This document shows, piece by piece, positions 25,286-33,418 of a stretch of 64,000 bases of DNA (positions within the stretch are counted from its first letter, which is position 1; the number at the start of each line of letters is the position of its first letter). Position numbers and translations under genes: made by a program. Source of the DNA: an uncultured Planctomycetales bacterium (lineage in GTDB: Bacteria > Planctomycetota > SBBH01); the NCBI GenBank assembly GCA_964455625.1, contig CAYVXZ010000005.1:9632-73631 (forward strand). Reading direction: 5' to 3'. A model generated the notes under the pieces. It was not told where the DNA came from. It did not search any database and was given only the letters and a program-made list of their open reading frames with translations.

Positions 25286-25852
25286 ATGGCCACCGTCGTC
25301 GTCGTGGACTACGATCCCGCCTGGCCGGCCCTGTTCGAGCGGATCCGGGCGCGCGTCTGGCCGGCGGTGGCGGACCTCGCCGTCGCGATCGAGCACGTCG
25401 GAAGCACCTCGGTGCCGGGACTCGCCGCCAAGCCGCGGATCGACATGGATATCGTCGTCCCCGCGCGCGAGGACGTCCCGAAGGCGATCGCGCGTCTCGC
25501 GCCCCTGGGATACGTCCACATCGGGGACCTCGGCATCCCGGACCGGGAGGCGTTCCGCGCGTCCGGGGAGCTTCCGCCCCATAACCTGTACGCCTGCCAC
25601 GAGGGGGCGCTCCCCCTCCGGAACCACCGCGCCCTGCGCGATCACCTGCGCGCGCACCCGGCAGACGCCCGGCGCTACGCCGCCCTGAAGAAGGATCTCG
25701 CCGCCCGGTTCCCGGACGACATCGACGGCTACATCGAGGGAAAGTCGGCGTTCATCCGGGAGATCCTGCGCCAAAAAGGACTGACGCCCGACGACCTGAA
25801 AAGCGTCGAGGCCGCCAACCGGAAACCGCCGGAGCGGTCCGACCGCACATGA
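25286..25852 (+). CDS. GrpB family protein (UPF0157, nucleotidyltransferase-like)
   Basis: VVVDYDPAWPALF...IEHVGSTSVPGLAAKPRIDMDIVV. Confidence 0.75.
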   Translation: MATVVVVDYDPAWPALFERIRARVWPAVADLAVAIEHVGSTSVPGLAAKPRIDMDIVVPAREDVPKAIARLAPLGYVHIGDLGIPDREAFRASGELPPHNLYACHEGALPLRNHRALRDHLRAHPADARRYAALKKDLAARFPDDIDGYIEGKSAFIREILRQKGLTPDDLKSVEAANRKPPERSDRT

Positions 25853-26121
25853 CCGATTCCCCGCGTACTTTCCCGCGTCTCGGCCTCGCCGCCACCGCTG
25901 CGGCCGGGATCGCCCTCTGCCTCCATGTCGGGGTCGGTTGGCTGGACGCCGGGCGCCCGCAACTCCGGCCGACCGGGCATCTGTCACTGGTTGCCGCCGC
26001 CGCCTGGATCTCCGCGACGGTGCCCGCCCTCCTCTTCGCGCTCCTCGAACGGAGGAACCGGGCCTGGTCCCTCGGTGTGCTGGGGGTCTGCCTGGCCGGT
26101 CACCTTCTCATTCTTCGTTGA
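25849..26121 (+). CDS. small hypothetical membrane protein
   Basis: 90 aa with two or three hydrophobic segments; start overlaps the GrpB stop (ATGA coupling). Confidence 0.35.
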   Translation: MTDSPRTFPRLGLAATAAAGIALCLHVGVGWLDAGRPQLRPTGHLSLVAAAAWISATVPALLFALLERRNRAWSLGVLGVCLAGHLLILR

Positions 26122-26140
26122 CGCTCCAACCGCCAGGTTT

Positions 26141-26665
26141 TCATGGCGGCTCCTTGAAGCCGATTCGTCTCGTTGCGACGGCCGGCGGCTCCATCAACTG
26201 CCGGATCGCTCCCAAAATCGCCTGGATCGCGCCGTCGTGGATCGACACCTTGCGCTCGAGTTCATCGAGCTTCCGGGCCAGCTCCTTGTGGACGGCCAGC
26301 GCCTCCCTCAAACGGATAAAGGCACGCACGATGAGAACGCTCGTCCGGACCGCCACGGAACTGTTGAGGACGCTCGCCAGCATCAGCGCCCCATGCTCGG
26401 TGAAGGCGCGGGGACGGCTGGGCGAGAATTTCAACCCCATGAGGTGGTCGCAATTTGCGACCACCTCGTCTTTCTCCGTCTGCGTCAGCTTGAACATGAA
26501 GTCCGGCGGGAAGCGGTCGAGATTCCGTTTCACCTGCTCATTCAAACGCTTCGTCGAAACGCCATACAGCCTGGCCAGATCGGCATCCAGCATCACGCGG
26601 TGCCCTCGGACAACGAAGATCCGCCGCTCGATCCGGTTCAATGCCCCCATCAGAGCAGGATACAC
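26141..26665 (-). CDS. ORF6N-domain protein (KilA-N/antirepressor-like, mobile-element associated)
   Basis: IFVVRGHRVMLDADLARLYGVSTKRLNEQVKRNLDRFPPDFMFKLT matches the ORF6N domain. Confidence 0.7.
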   Translation of the reverse strand: MYPALMGALNRIERRIFVVRGHRVMLDADLARLYGVSTKRLNEQVKRNLDRFPPDFMFKLTQTEKDEVVANCDHLMGLKFSPSRPRAFTEHGALMLASVLNSSVAVRTSVLIVRAFIRLREALAVHKELARKLDELERKVSIHDGAIQAILGAIRQLMEPPAVATRRIGFKEPP

Positions 26666-26685
26666 CCGCCGAGGAATAATGCAAA

Positions 26686-27264
26686 CTATTGTTTGCCATC
26701 AAGCGGCCGGGAGCGGGTCGCCGGGGAGACGGCGGCTATCGGGCGCCTTTTCCCCCCAGGCCCCCGCCGCCAACGGCCAAAACAGCCTGTCCGGGTTTCG
26801 TCCGTTTCGCCTCTCATGCCGGCGGCGCCGACGCACTGCCTTGCGCCCCTGTCGGCGGTTCGCCTGTCAGACATTCGCTTAGGGTGGGTTAATCGATTCC
26901 GTATTTTCAGGCTTGTCTGAAGGCTTTTCCATTCAGGCCCCGAAACATTGAGTTTCCAGCGGAGATTGAAGGCCTTGCTTACCAATGAAAAGGAGAATCG
27001 GACATTACTTAAAAAGCGGATTTTGGCTGGCCGATCAATTACCTCTCCTTTGTCATTGAGTTCCCAATCTAATTCATTGGCAAAGGAGACTTCCTCTTGG
27101 GAGAGCCTGTTTCTGCCATGAGATTCAATCGCGAACTGTTTCAAGCCAAAGACAACAGCTTCCATTAGCGAAAAAACACTCCTTGTTACCATTCGTCGTT
27201 TCGATTGAGAGATTCGATTTGGATTGAAAGAAGCGTCTGGGAAAAGGCACTCGTTTATGTCCAT
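26686..27264 (-). CDS. hypothetical protein in low-GC segment (possible degraded/fused gene; weak HEPN-like Rx4H motif)
   Basis: The N-terminal ~125 aa are encoded in a roughly 40% GC segment and end at ...LKIRNRLTHPKRM. The remaining C-terminal ~65 aa read through high-GC DNA with Arg/Gly-rich composition, which looks like read-through after a junction. Confidence 0.3.
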   Translation of the reverse strand: MDINECLFPDASFNPNRISQSKRRMVTRSVFSLMEAVVFGLKQFAIESHGRNRLSQEEVSFANELDWELNDKGEVIDRPAKIRFLSNVRFSFSLVSKAFNLRWKLNVSGPEWKSLQTSLKIRNRLTHPKRMSDRRTADRGARQCVGAAGMRGETDETRTGCFGRWRRGPGGKRRPIAAVSPATRSRPLDGKQ

Positions 27265-28091
27265 TGATAGTTCATGGTGGACATCCGCATTTCGAACGAC
27301 GATTTAAAAGAAATCCTCCGTTCTTACTTATGGTTTTATCGGCAGTACGTTTTACTTCTTCAATCCATAGTAGGCACGACTCACCGAAAACTTTTAAAAG
27401 CTCATCCAAAATCAAAATTTAGACTAGCTCTCCCCTCTAGAACGGAAATCCAAAATCTTTCAAAAATCCCGATTGAATCATTCTCGTGCTTCTTTCCGCC
27501 TCAACGTCACTCAAAAAGCTTAAGCTCCTGAATAGCATCCAAACTATTGAAACCAATTAGTTGTGGCGGGGGCCGATCGACAAAGCTGGCCGAAGGCCAG
27601 CGATTCCACCAGGGTGGGTGGGCCCGACCCCCTATTACTCACCAGGACCTGATCTGAACGGGGCCGCCGATGGGGGCCACAAGTGGGCGGGGTGAGAGGG
27701 GCCCCTCCGGCCGGCCGAGGCGCGGCTGGCCGTTTTTGGCGGCAGGGGGCCGGTAGAGAAAAGCCGGCCCGATAGGGCCGGCACTCCCTACGGGGGTGGG
27801 TGGGGAAATAGGTCTTATTTTTTTAGGTGGAGCGGGACGCTCGCGCTCCCGGCGGCCCGCGGCGGGAACCTGGACGCGGGGCTGAACCGGCAAGGCGAGG
27901 CGCGGTCTGGCGTGAACGGGGAAGACTGCCGCTGGCTTCGCCTCGCCGCCGCCGGTTCGCAGTGAGGCGGGGGTTGGCCAGTCTCCTCCCCGCCGAACGT
28001 CCCGCGAACAGGTGAACCGCCGGTAGGGCCGCAGGCGGACTGAAAATGTGTTTTTGTTCGGGGCCAATTATGCGGAGCGCACGCGTCAGCG

Positions 28092-28283
28092 CGCGCCCCG
28101 CGGCGGGAGCGTTTTCGGGGGCCTGATGGCGCCGGGCCGGTCAGGAGGTGCAAGGCCCGGCGGCATCGGAGCGACGAGGCGGCACGGATGCCGCCGAGGA
28201 GCGTCCCCCGACAAACGCGACCGCCGGAAGGGCAAGCGAGCGAGCGTCCCCGGCGCACGCGACCGGCGGTAGGGGCCGCAGAA
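28092..28283 (+). repeat. intergenic structured repeat element, copy 1 (family of 4)
   Basis: Conserved core GGGGGCCTGATGGnGCCGGGCCGGTCAGGAGGTGCAAGGCCCGGCGnCATCGGAGCGACGAGGCGGCACGGATGCCGCCGAGGAGCGTCCCCCGACAAAnGCGACCGCCGGAAGGGCAAGCGAGCG is shared with copies at 49904, 58266 and (partial) 62170. Confidence 0.8.
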
Positions 28284-28385
28284 TACCACCCCCACCCCAA
28301 CCCTCCCCCATCAAGGGGGAGGGAGTCATCACGTGACCCGTACCCCCCCCACCCTGTCCCTCCCCCGCGACGGAGGGGGAAACTG

Positions 28386-31130
28386 TTACAGCTGGTAAGC
28401 GGCGGGATCTGGCTTAAAGGGTCTTGCCAGCCACAGCGGGCGGCGGAGGTTGCCGGGGTGGACGGGCCGGGCCATCTTCATCCAACGCTGGTAGACGGCG
28501 AAGGACTTGTTGGTGTCCACGAAGACGTCGCCGTACTGGTCGGCGGGGCCCGGGAGGGTGACGGTCACCTTCTGGTGCCAGCAGTGCTGGCCGCTCAAGG
28601 GATCGGGCTGGACGGGAAAGATCAGATTCTGGTGGACGCCGGACTCGCTCCACCAGATCCGCTCGGAGTCGGGGTCGTCGCTCTTGAACGGCTTGACCCC
28701 CTCGAGCTTCCTCATCTTCCACTGTCCCGGCGCGACCTGGTCGAAGTTGACGACGGCGGTGGACCACCTCTCCCCCGCATGCCCGGGCAGGCGCCAGCGG
28801 CCCAGGTGATGCGAGCAGGCGACGATACCGGGGCGGATCGACTCGGTGACCCACGCCTTGTCGATGAAGAAGCCGATCTCGGTGGCGATCTTGAGGAGCT
28901 GGCCCGTCTCGACGCCGACGCGCTTCGCGTCCTCGGGGTGGATCCAGAGGGGGTTGGCGTGACTGATCTCGTTCAGCCACTTCGAGTTGCCGGAGCGCGT
29001 GTGGATCAGCGTCGGGAGCCGGAAGGTCGGGAGAAGCACCATCTCTCCCTTTTGGACGTCGATGTTCGACCAGTGGACCTGGCTCCGGATGTAGTTCGGG
29101 AGCATCTGGTCCTCCCACCCCCACTCCTTGAGGGTGGGCGAGTAGAACTCGAGTTTTTTCGACGGGGTCGGAAAGCCGGTGCGGGTCTTCCCCTCCACCT
29201 CGACGCCGGGGACGCCCGGTTTCACGGGGGTCTCGTGCGGACGATAGACATTTTCCTCCACCAGAAATGAGCCGTACTTCCGCATGTAGGCGAGCGGCGT
29301 CAGCCCTTCCTTCCTTGCGGCCTCCGGCAGGCCGGGGACGGAGTTCTCGAAGATCCACCGGTACTGTTCCTCGATCCGCATCTTCTGGCCCGGCTTGTAC
29401 GGCGACTCGAAGTACTTCCGGATCCCCAGGGTGCCGTCCGGGTCGATTCGCCAGGAGAGCTCGATCCAGAATTCGTCTTCTTCCCACACCTGCCCGATCC
29501 CGGCGGCCTCGTGCGCCTGCCAGGTGAGGTCGAACACCTTCCCCTGCTTTTCGAGGGCGACGCGCTGGACGGGCTGACGGAACCCGATCCAGCGGGCGGC
29601 GTGCGTCTCCTGGCTCATGAGGTCGTGCCGCTCGGAGCCCAGGCCCATCGGGAGGACGTAGTCGGCGAACTGCGCCGTCTCGCTCCAGACCGGCGTGAGG
29701 CAGGCGTGGCACTCGATCCCGGATTCGTCGGTGAGCATCTCGATCCAGCTGGCGCCGTCGGGGTTCGTCCAGACGGGGTTGTAGACGCGCGTGAAATACA
29801 TCGAGAGTTTTCCGCGTTTTTCCTTCAGGAAGTGCGGGAGCAAAAAGCTCATCTCGAAGAAGGCCAGGGGGAACTCCCGCGGCATCAGGAGCTCGCTCCA
29901 GACCTTCGGGGCCGGGGGCATGCTGTGCGGCATCGGGATCGACTTGTTGGTGTAGCTCGGGGCGGTGCCCCCCGGCGTGCTGACCGCCCCCATCAGGACC
30001 ACGATCAGCTCGAGAGCCCGCGCCACCTGCCAGCCGCCCAGATTCCCCGCGGCGGCGTTCCGCCAGATGTGGGTGGCGAGGGCCGAGCCGGCGCGGCCGA
30101 TCTCGTGCGCCACCTCGATGATCGTCGCGGCGGGGACGCGGGTTTCCTTCTCGGCGAATTCGGGGGTGTATTCGGCGTAGATCTCTTTCAGGGCCGCTTC
30201 GAACGCCTCGAACGTCTGCGGGCCGTTCGGCCGCTCGGCCTTCAGGTACTCGGGCCAGTTGACCCAGTTCTTCACGAACTCGCGGTTGTAGAGCCCTTCG
30301 CGCACCAGGATGTTCGCGATGGCGAGAAGCAGGGCCGCCTCGCTCCCCGGCCAGGTGGAGAGCCAGTAGTCGGCCATCGAGGCGGTGTTCGAGAGGCGCG
30401 TGTCGATGACGCAGAGCTTCGCCCCCTTCTCCTTCCCCTCCATGATCCGCTGGGCGTGGGGGTTGAAGTAGTGACCGGTCTCCAGGTGCGACGAGAGCAG
30501 GAGCATGAAACGCGCGTTCGCGTGGTCCGGCGACGGCCGGTCGTACCCGTGCCAGAAGGCGTACCCGGCGCGCGCCGAAGAGGAACAGACGTTCGTGTGG
30601 CTGTTGTGCCCGTCGATCCCCCAGGCGTGCAGGACCCTCTGCAGGTAGACGAGCTCCATCCCGGGGCGCCCCAGGTGGTACATGACCTCTTCGGGCTTCT
30701 TCGCGACGAGCGACTTCCGGATCCGTCCGGCGATGTCGTCCAGGACCGCGTCCCAGGTGACACGCTCCCATTTTCCGCTCCCGCGCGGGCCGACCCGCTT
30801 CAGGGGGTACGGGATCCGCTCCGGGTCCTGGATCTGGTTCAGCGTGGCGGGCCCCTTGGCGCAGGTGCGGCCGCGGCTCCCGGGGTGCGTCGGGTTCCCC
30901 TCGAACTTCTGGACCTGCAGGGTCTTTTTATCGACGTAAGAAAGGAGCCCGCAGGCGGACTCGCAGTTGAAGCAAATCGTCGGGATCAGCCAGTAGTTCC
31001 GCTCGACCTTCTTCGGCCAGGACTTGCCGTCGAGCTCCGTCCAGTCGTCCCACCGCGACGCGGGCGGAAACGACGCCAGCCCCCCGGGCGGGAGGTCGAG
31101 ATCCTTGGCGGCGGGGTTCAGGGGCTCCAT
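28386..31130 (-). CDS. molybdopterin (Mo-bisPGD) oxidoreductase catalytic subunit, Psr/Phs/Ttr-like; no recognisable Tat signal
   Basis: 914 aa; N-terminal CFNCESACGLL...GRTCAKGPA (CxxCxxxC...C-KG FeS/Mo-bisPGD motif); typical MopB size. Its start ATG abuts the stop of the upstream FeS-NrfD gene. Confidence 0.75.
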   Translation of the reverse strand: MEPLNPAAKDLDLPPGGLASFPPASRWDDWTELDGKSWPKKVERNYWLIPTICFNCESACGLLSYVDKKTLQVQKFEGNPTHPGSRGRTCAKGPATLNQIQDPERIPYPLKRVGPRGSGKWERVTWDAVLDDIAGRIRKSLVAKKPEEVMYHLGRPGMELVYLQRVLHAWGIDGHNSHTNVCSSSARAGYAFWHGYDRPSPDHANARFMLLLSSHLETGHYFNPHAQRIMEGKEKGAKLCVIDTRLSNTASMADYWLSTWPGSEAALLLAIANILVREGLYNREFVKNWVNWPEYLKAERPNGPQTFEAFEAALKEIYAEYTPEFAEKETRVPAATIIEVAHEIGRAGSALATHIWRNAAAGNLGGWQVARALELIVVLMGAVSTPGGTAPSYTNKSIPMPHSMPPAPKVWSELLMPREFPLAFFEMSFLLPHFLKEKRGKLSMYFTRVYNPVWTNPDGASWIEMLTDESGIECHACLTPVWSETAQFADYVLPMGLGSERHDLMSQETHAARWIGFRQPVQRVALEKQGKVFDLTWQAHEAAGIGQVWEEDEFWIELSWRIDPDGTLGIRKYFESPYKPGQKMRIEEQYRWIFENSVPGLPEAARKEGLTPLAYMRKYGSFLVEENVYRPHETPVKPGVPGVEVEGKTRTGFPTPSKKLEFYSPTLKEWGWEDQMLPNYIRSQVHWSNIDVQKGEMVLLPTFRLPTLIHTRSGNSKWLNEISHANPLWIHPEDAKRVGVETGQLLKIATEIGFFIDKAWVTESIRPGIVACSHHLGRWRLPGHAGERWSTAVVNFDQVAPGQWKMRKLEGVKPFKSDDPDSERIWWSESGVHQNLIFPVQPDPLSGQHCWHQKVTVTLPGPADQYGDVFVDTNKSFAVYQRWMKMARPVHPGNLRRPLWLARPFKPDPAAYQL

Positions 31131-32738
31131 CTAGCTAAGCGGGACCGATTGCCCCGCGCGGACCCACGCCTCTTCATAGAGATAAAGGCCGACGAGCGCC
31201 GAGACCGCCGCCGCCGCCGCGCCGAACGCCCCTCCCACCAGCGACAGGAGGACGAGGGGAACCGTGACCCCGAGGCCGACCCCTCCCCCCCAGAAGAGCC
31301 CCGAGAGGTGTCCGCTCCGCAGGGTCTCCGCCGCGCGCGCGGCATCCTGGCTCGGGTGCCTTCCCAGGACCTCGACCGCGAGGATCCCCCCCTGGACGAC
31401 GAGCGACCCCGAGAGAAGGAGCGAGAAGTAGCGGAGCGCCTCCGGCGAGAACCCGGAGGCGCACATGACCAGGAGGAGCGCGGCGCTGCCGGCAAGGACG
31501 GCCGACGCCAGCAGCTGCCAGAAGAGAAGCGGGCTCTGCCAGAAGTCGCGCCCCTCCGCCTGGCCGAACAGGAAGGCGCTGTAGACCGCCGCCGCGACCG
31601 AGAAGACGACCGCCGGCCAGGCAAGAAGGGCGAACCACTCGGGACGACCCAGAAAAGCGGCGGCGAGCCAGGCGGTCGCCACCCCCCCGAACCCCATCAG
31701 GATCCAGGCCCCCCAGACAAGCCACGAGCGCCAGTTCGGCTTCAGGAGGATGTAATGGAAACGGTCGGGGCGCTTGAGATCCGCGACGAGGAGAATCGTC
31801 GTCAGGGCCAGAAAGACGAGGGCCAGAAGCGGCGCCTGGATCCCGAGGAGCCGCCCAGGCTCCCAGCCGAAGGCGGCGACGCACGCCGCGGCGATTCCCA
31901 TCACCCCCGCCGCGACCGACTTGGTCCAGAGGTAGGCGGAGACCTTCCATCCCCAGGGGTTCTCCAGGTGCGGGACGTCGTAGACGGTCCGCGCCATCGT
32001 CTGGAGGTCGCGGGCGAGGTTCTCGTCCGGCGCGGCCGGTTTCGGGAAGACCGACATCCCGGTCTCGGCAAAGAGGTACGAATCCCCCCGCTCCAGCGCC
32101 TGCGGGGTGAGCGACGCCTGATCCGCACCGGTGTAAAAGACCTTGGGGCGGGTCCCCTGCTCGGGCTTACGGACCTGGGTCTGCTCGGTCCCGACGCGTC
32201 TGGCGATGTTGCTGGCCGGGTTATCCAGGTCCCCCGCCACGATCGCCTGCTCCGGGCAGACGACGACGCAGGCGGGCTCCAGCCCCACCTCCACGCGGTG
32301 CGCGCAGTAGTTGCACTTGGCGGCGGTCTGCGTGTTCGGATCGATGTAGAGGGCGTCGTACGGGCAGGCCTGCATGCACGACTTGCACCCGATGCACCGC
32401 TCCGGGTCGAAGTCCACGATCCCGTCCTTCCGGCGGAAGAGCGACGTCGTCGGGCAGATCGTCGTGCAGGGGGAATCGTCGCAGTGGTTGCACCGGAGGA
32501 CCGAGAAATACCGGCGGGTGTCGGGAAACACCCCCTTCTCGATGTACTTGACCCAGGTGCGGAACGCCCCCAGGGGGACGCCGTTCTCTTCCTTGCAGGC
32601 GACCGTGCAGGCGTGGCATCCGATGCACTTCGTGTGGTCGATCAGGAAGCCGTAGCGCACCGGCGGAAGGATAGCGGCGCGGAAGGGCCCTCCGAAGGAA
32701 AAAGCGGGGGCCCCCGCTTCCGGAGGCCCCCGCCGCAT
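31131..32738 (-). CDS. fused 4Fe-4S ferredoxin (NrfC/PsrB-like) + NrfD/PsrC-like integral membrane subunit
   Basis: N-terminal half has four Cys clusters (CIGCHACTVAC, CNHCDDSPCTTICP, CIGCKSCMQACP, CNYCAHRVEVGLEPACVVVCP). The C-terminal half has about 8 TM helices, NrfD-like. Confidence 0.75.
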   Translation of the reverse strand: MRRGPPEAGAPAFSFGGPFRAAILPPVRYGFLIDHTKCIGCHACTVACKEENGVPLGAFRTWVKYIEKGVFPDTRRYFSVLRCNHCDDSPCTTICPTTSLFRRKDGIVDFDPERCIGCKSCMQACPYDALYIDPNTQTAAKCNYCAHRVEVGLEPACVVVCPEQAIVAGDLDNPASNIARRVGTEQTQVRKPEQGTRPKVFYTGADQASLTPQALERGDSYLFAETGMSVFPKPAAPDENLARDLQTMARTVYDVPHLENPWGWKVSAYLWTKSVAAGVMGIAAACVAAFGWEPGRLLGIQAPLLALVFLALTTILLVADLKRPDRFHYILLKPNWRSWLVWGAWILMGFGGVATAWLAAAFLGRPEWFALLAWPAVVFSVAAAVYSAFLFGQAEGRDFWQSPLLFWQLLASAVLAGSAALLLVMCASGFSPEALRYFSLLLSGSLVVQGGILAVEVLGRHPSQDAARAAETLRSGHLSGLFWGGGVGLGVTVPLVLLSLVGGAFGAAAAAVSALVGLYLYEEAWVRAGQSVPLS

Positions 32739-32747
32739 GCGCCCGCC

Positions 32748-33365
32748 CTACTTGTTCTTCCGGTGCTTGATCTTCTCGCGCGCCTTCTCGCCGGCGCGGT
32801 CGTCCTTGTGCTCCTTGTGGAACTTCCTCTCGCGGTCGAGCTGCTCCTTCCCCTCGCGGCGCGTCAGGGAGCCGTCGCCGTCGGTGTCGGCCCGGTCGAA
32901 CCGCTTCCCCCCGAAAAGCCGCTCCTCGAGCGGCGTCGCCTCCGCCTTCGCCTCGGTGCGTGTCAGGCCTCCGTTCCCGTCGGCGTCCGCCCGGTCGAAC
33001 CGCTCCTCGCGGTAGCCGTCCTCGTCGGTGTACCCCTTCTTCCAGCGCTCCACCCCCTCGCGGCGGGCGTCGCCGGCCCGATGCCGGTGCTTCCGGCACA
33101 TCTCGTGGAAGCGGTGCCGCTTGATGCGACCGTTCTCGTCGGAAAACCGCTTCCACCAGGCGCGATCCGCCTCGGAGCCATCCGTCAGGCCCGCGGCGGC
33201 CGCCTCGTCAAAGGTGAGCTCTCCGTCGCGGTCGGCGTCCGTCTGGACGAACGTCTCCTCGTCCCTTGCTTCGAGCGATTCCACCTCCTCGGAACGCACC
33301 ACACTGCCGGCCAGAAAAGCCCCCGCTGCCAGCATCCATCTCCCCATCTTCCATCCGTTGCTCAT
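32748..33365 (-). CDS. secreted EF-hand calcium-binding protein, paralog A
   Basis: Start ATG at 33365 (MSNGWKMGRWMLAAGAFLAGSVV signal peptide; AAAGGA RBS). Three canonical EF loops: DADRDGELTFDE, DADGNGGLTRTE, DTDGDGSLTRRE. The track start at 33434 is a TTG lying inside the promoter. Confidence 0.8.
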   Translation of the reverse strand: MSNGWKMGRWMLAAGAFLAGSVVRSEEVESLEARDEETFVQTDADRDGELTFDEAAAAGLTDGSEADRAWWKRFSDENGRIKRHRFHEMCRKHRHRAGDARREGVERWKKGYTDEDGYREERFDRADADGNGGLTRTEAKAEATPLEERLFGGKRFDRADTDGDGSLTRREGKEQLDRERKFHKEHKDDRAGEKAREKIKHRKNK

Positions 33366-33418
33366 GACCCGTCCTTTCTGGCATGTATGCCCTTGTTTCC
33401 CCACGACGGGAATATCAA

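Noticed and set aside
27540-28090. Possible tmRNA, RNase P RNA, SRP RNA or tRNA in the GC-rich non-coding tract
   Set aside because: None of the hallmark conserved blocks are present (tmRNA GGGGCUGAUUCUGGAUUCGACG with ...UCCACCA end; RNase P P4 AGGAAAGUCCGGGCUCC; SRP domain IV GGUCAGGUCCGGAAGGAAGCAGC; tRNA T-arm GGTTCGAATCC). There is only a chance ATTCCACCA.
28048-28272. Small Arg-rich ORFs inside the repeat elements (for example 74 aa at 28048-28272 and 94 aa at 58180-58464, with similar peptides GLM(A/E)PGRSGGARPG...)
   Set aside because: The peptide similarity follows trivially from the nucleotide repeat. The composition is almost pure Arg/Gly/Pro, and the hairpin covariation (synonymous-blind, pairing-preserving) fits RNA/DNA structure better than coding. 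A micro-protein cannot be fully excluded, since a GGGGG run sits 4 nt before the ATG.
28307-28329. Hairpin CCCTCCCCC-ATCAA-GGGGGAGGG as the terminator of the Mo-oxidoreductase operon
   Set aside because: The 9-bp stem is perfect, but on the minus (gene) strand it is followed by UUGGGGUGGGGG rather than a U-tract. It may still be a structural element, but terminator function is unsupported.
28386-31130. Selenocysteine (in-frame TGA) in the molybdopterin oxidoreductase, given selA nearby
   Set aside because: The ORF is uninterrupted and the cluster/ligand positions are Cys; no SECIS-like context was seen.
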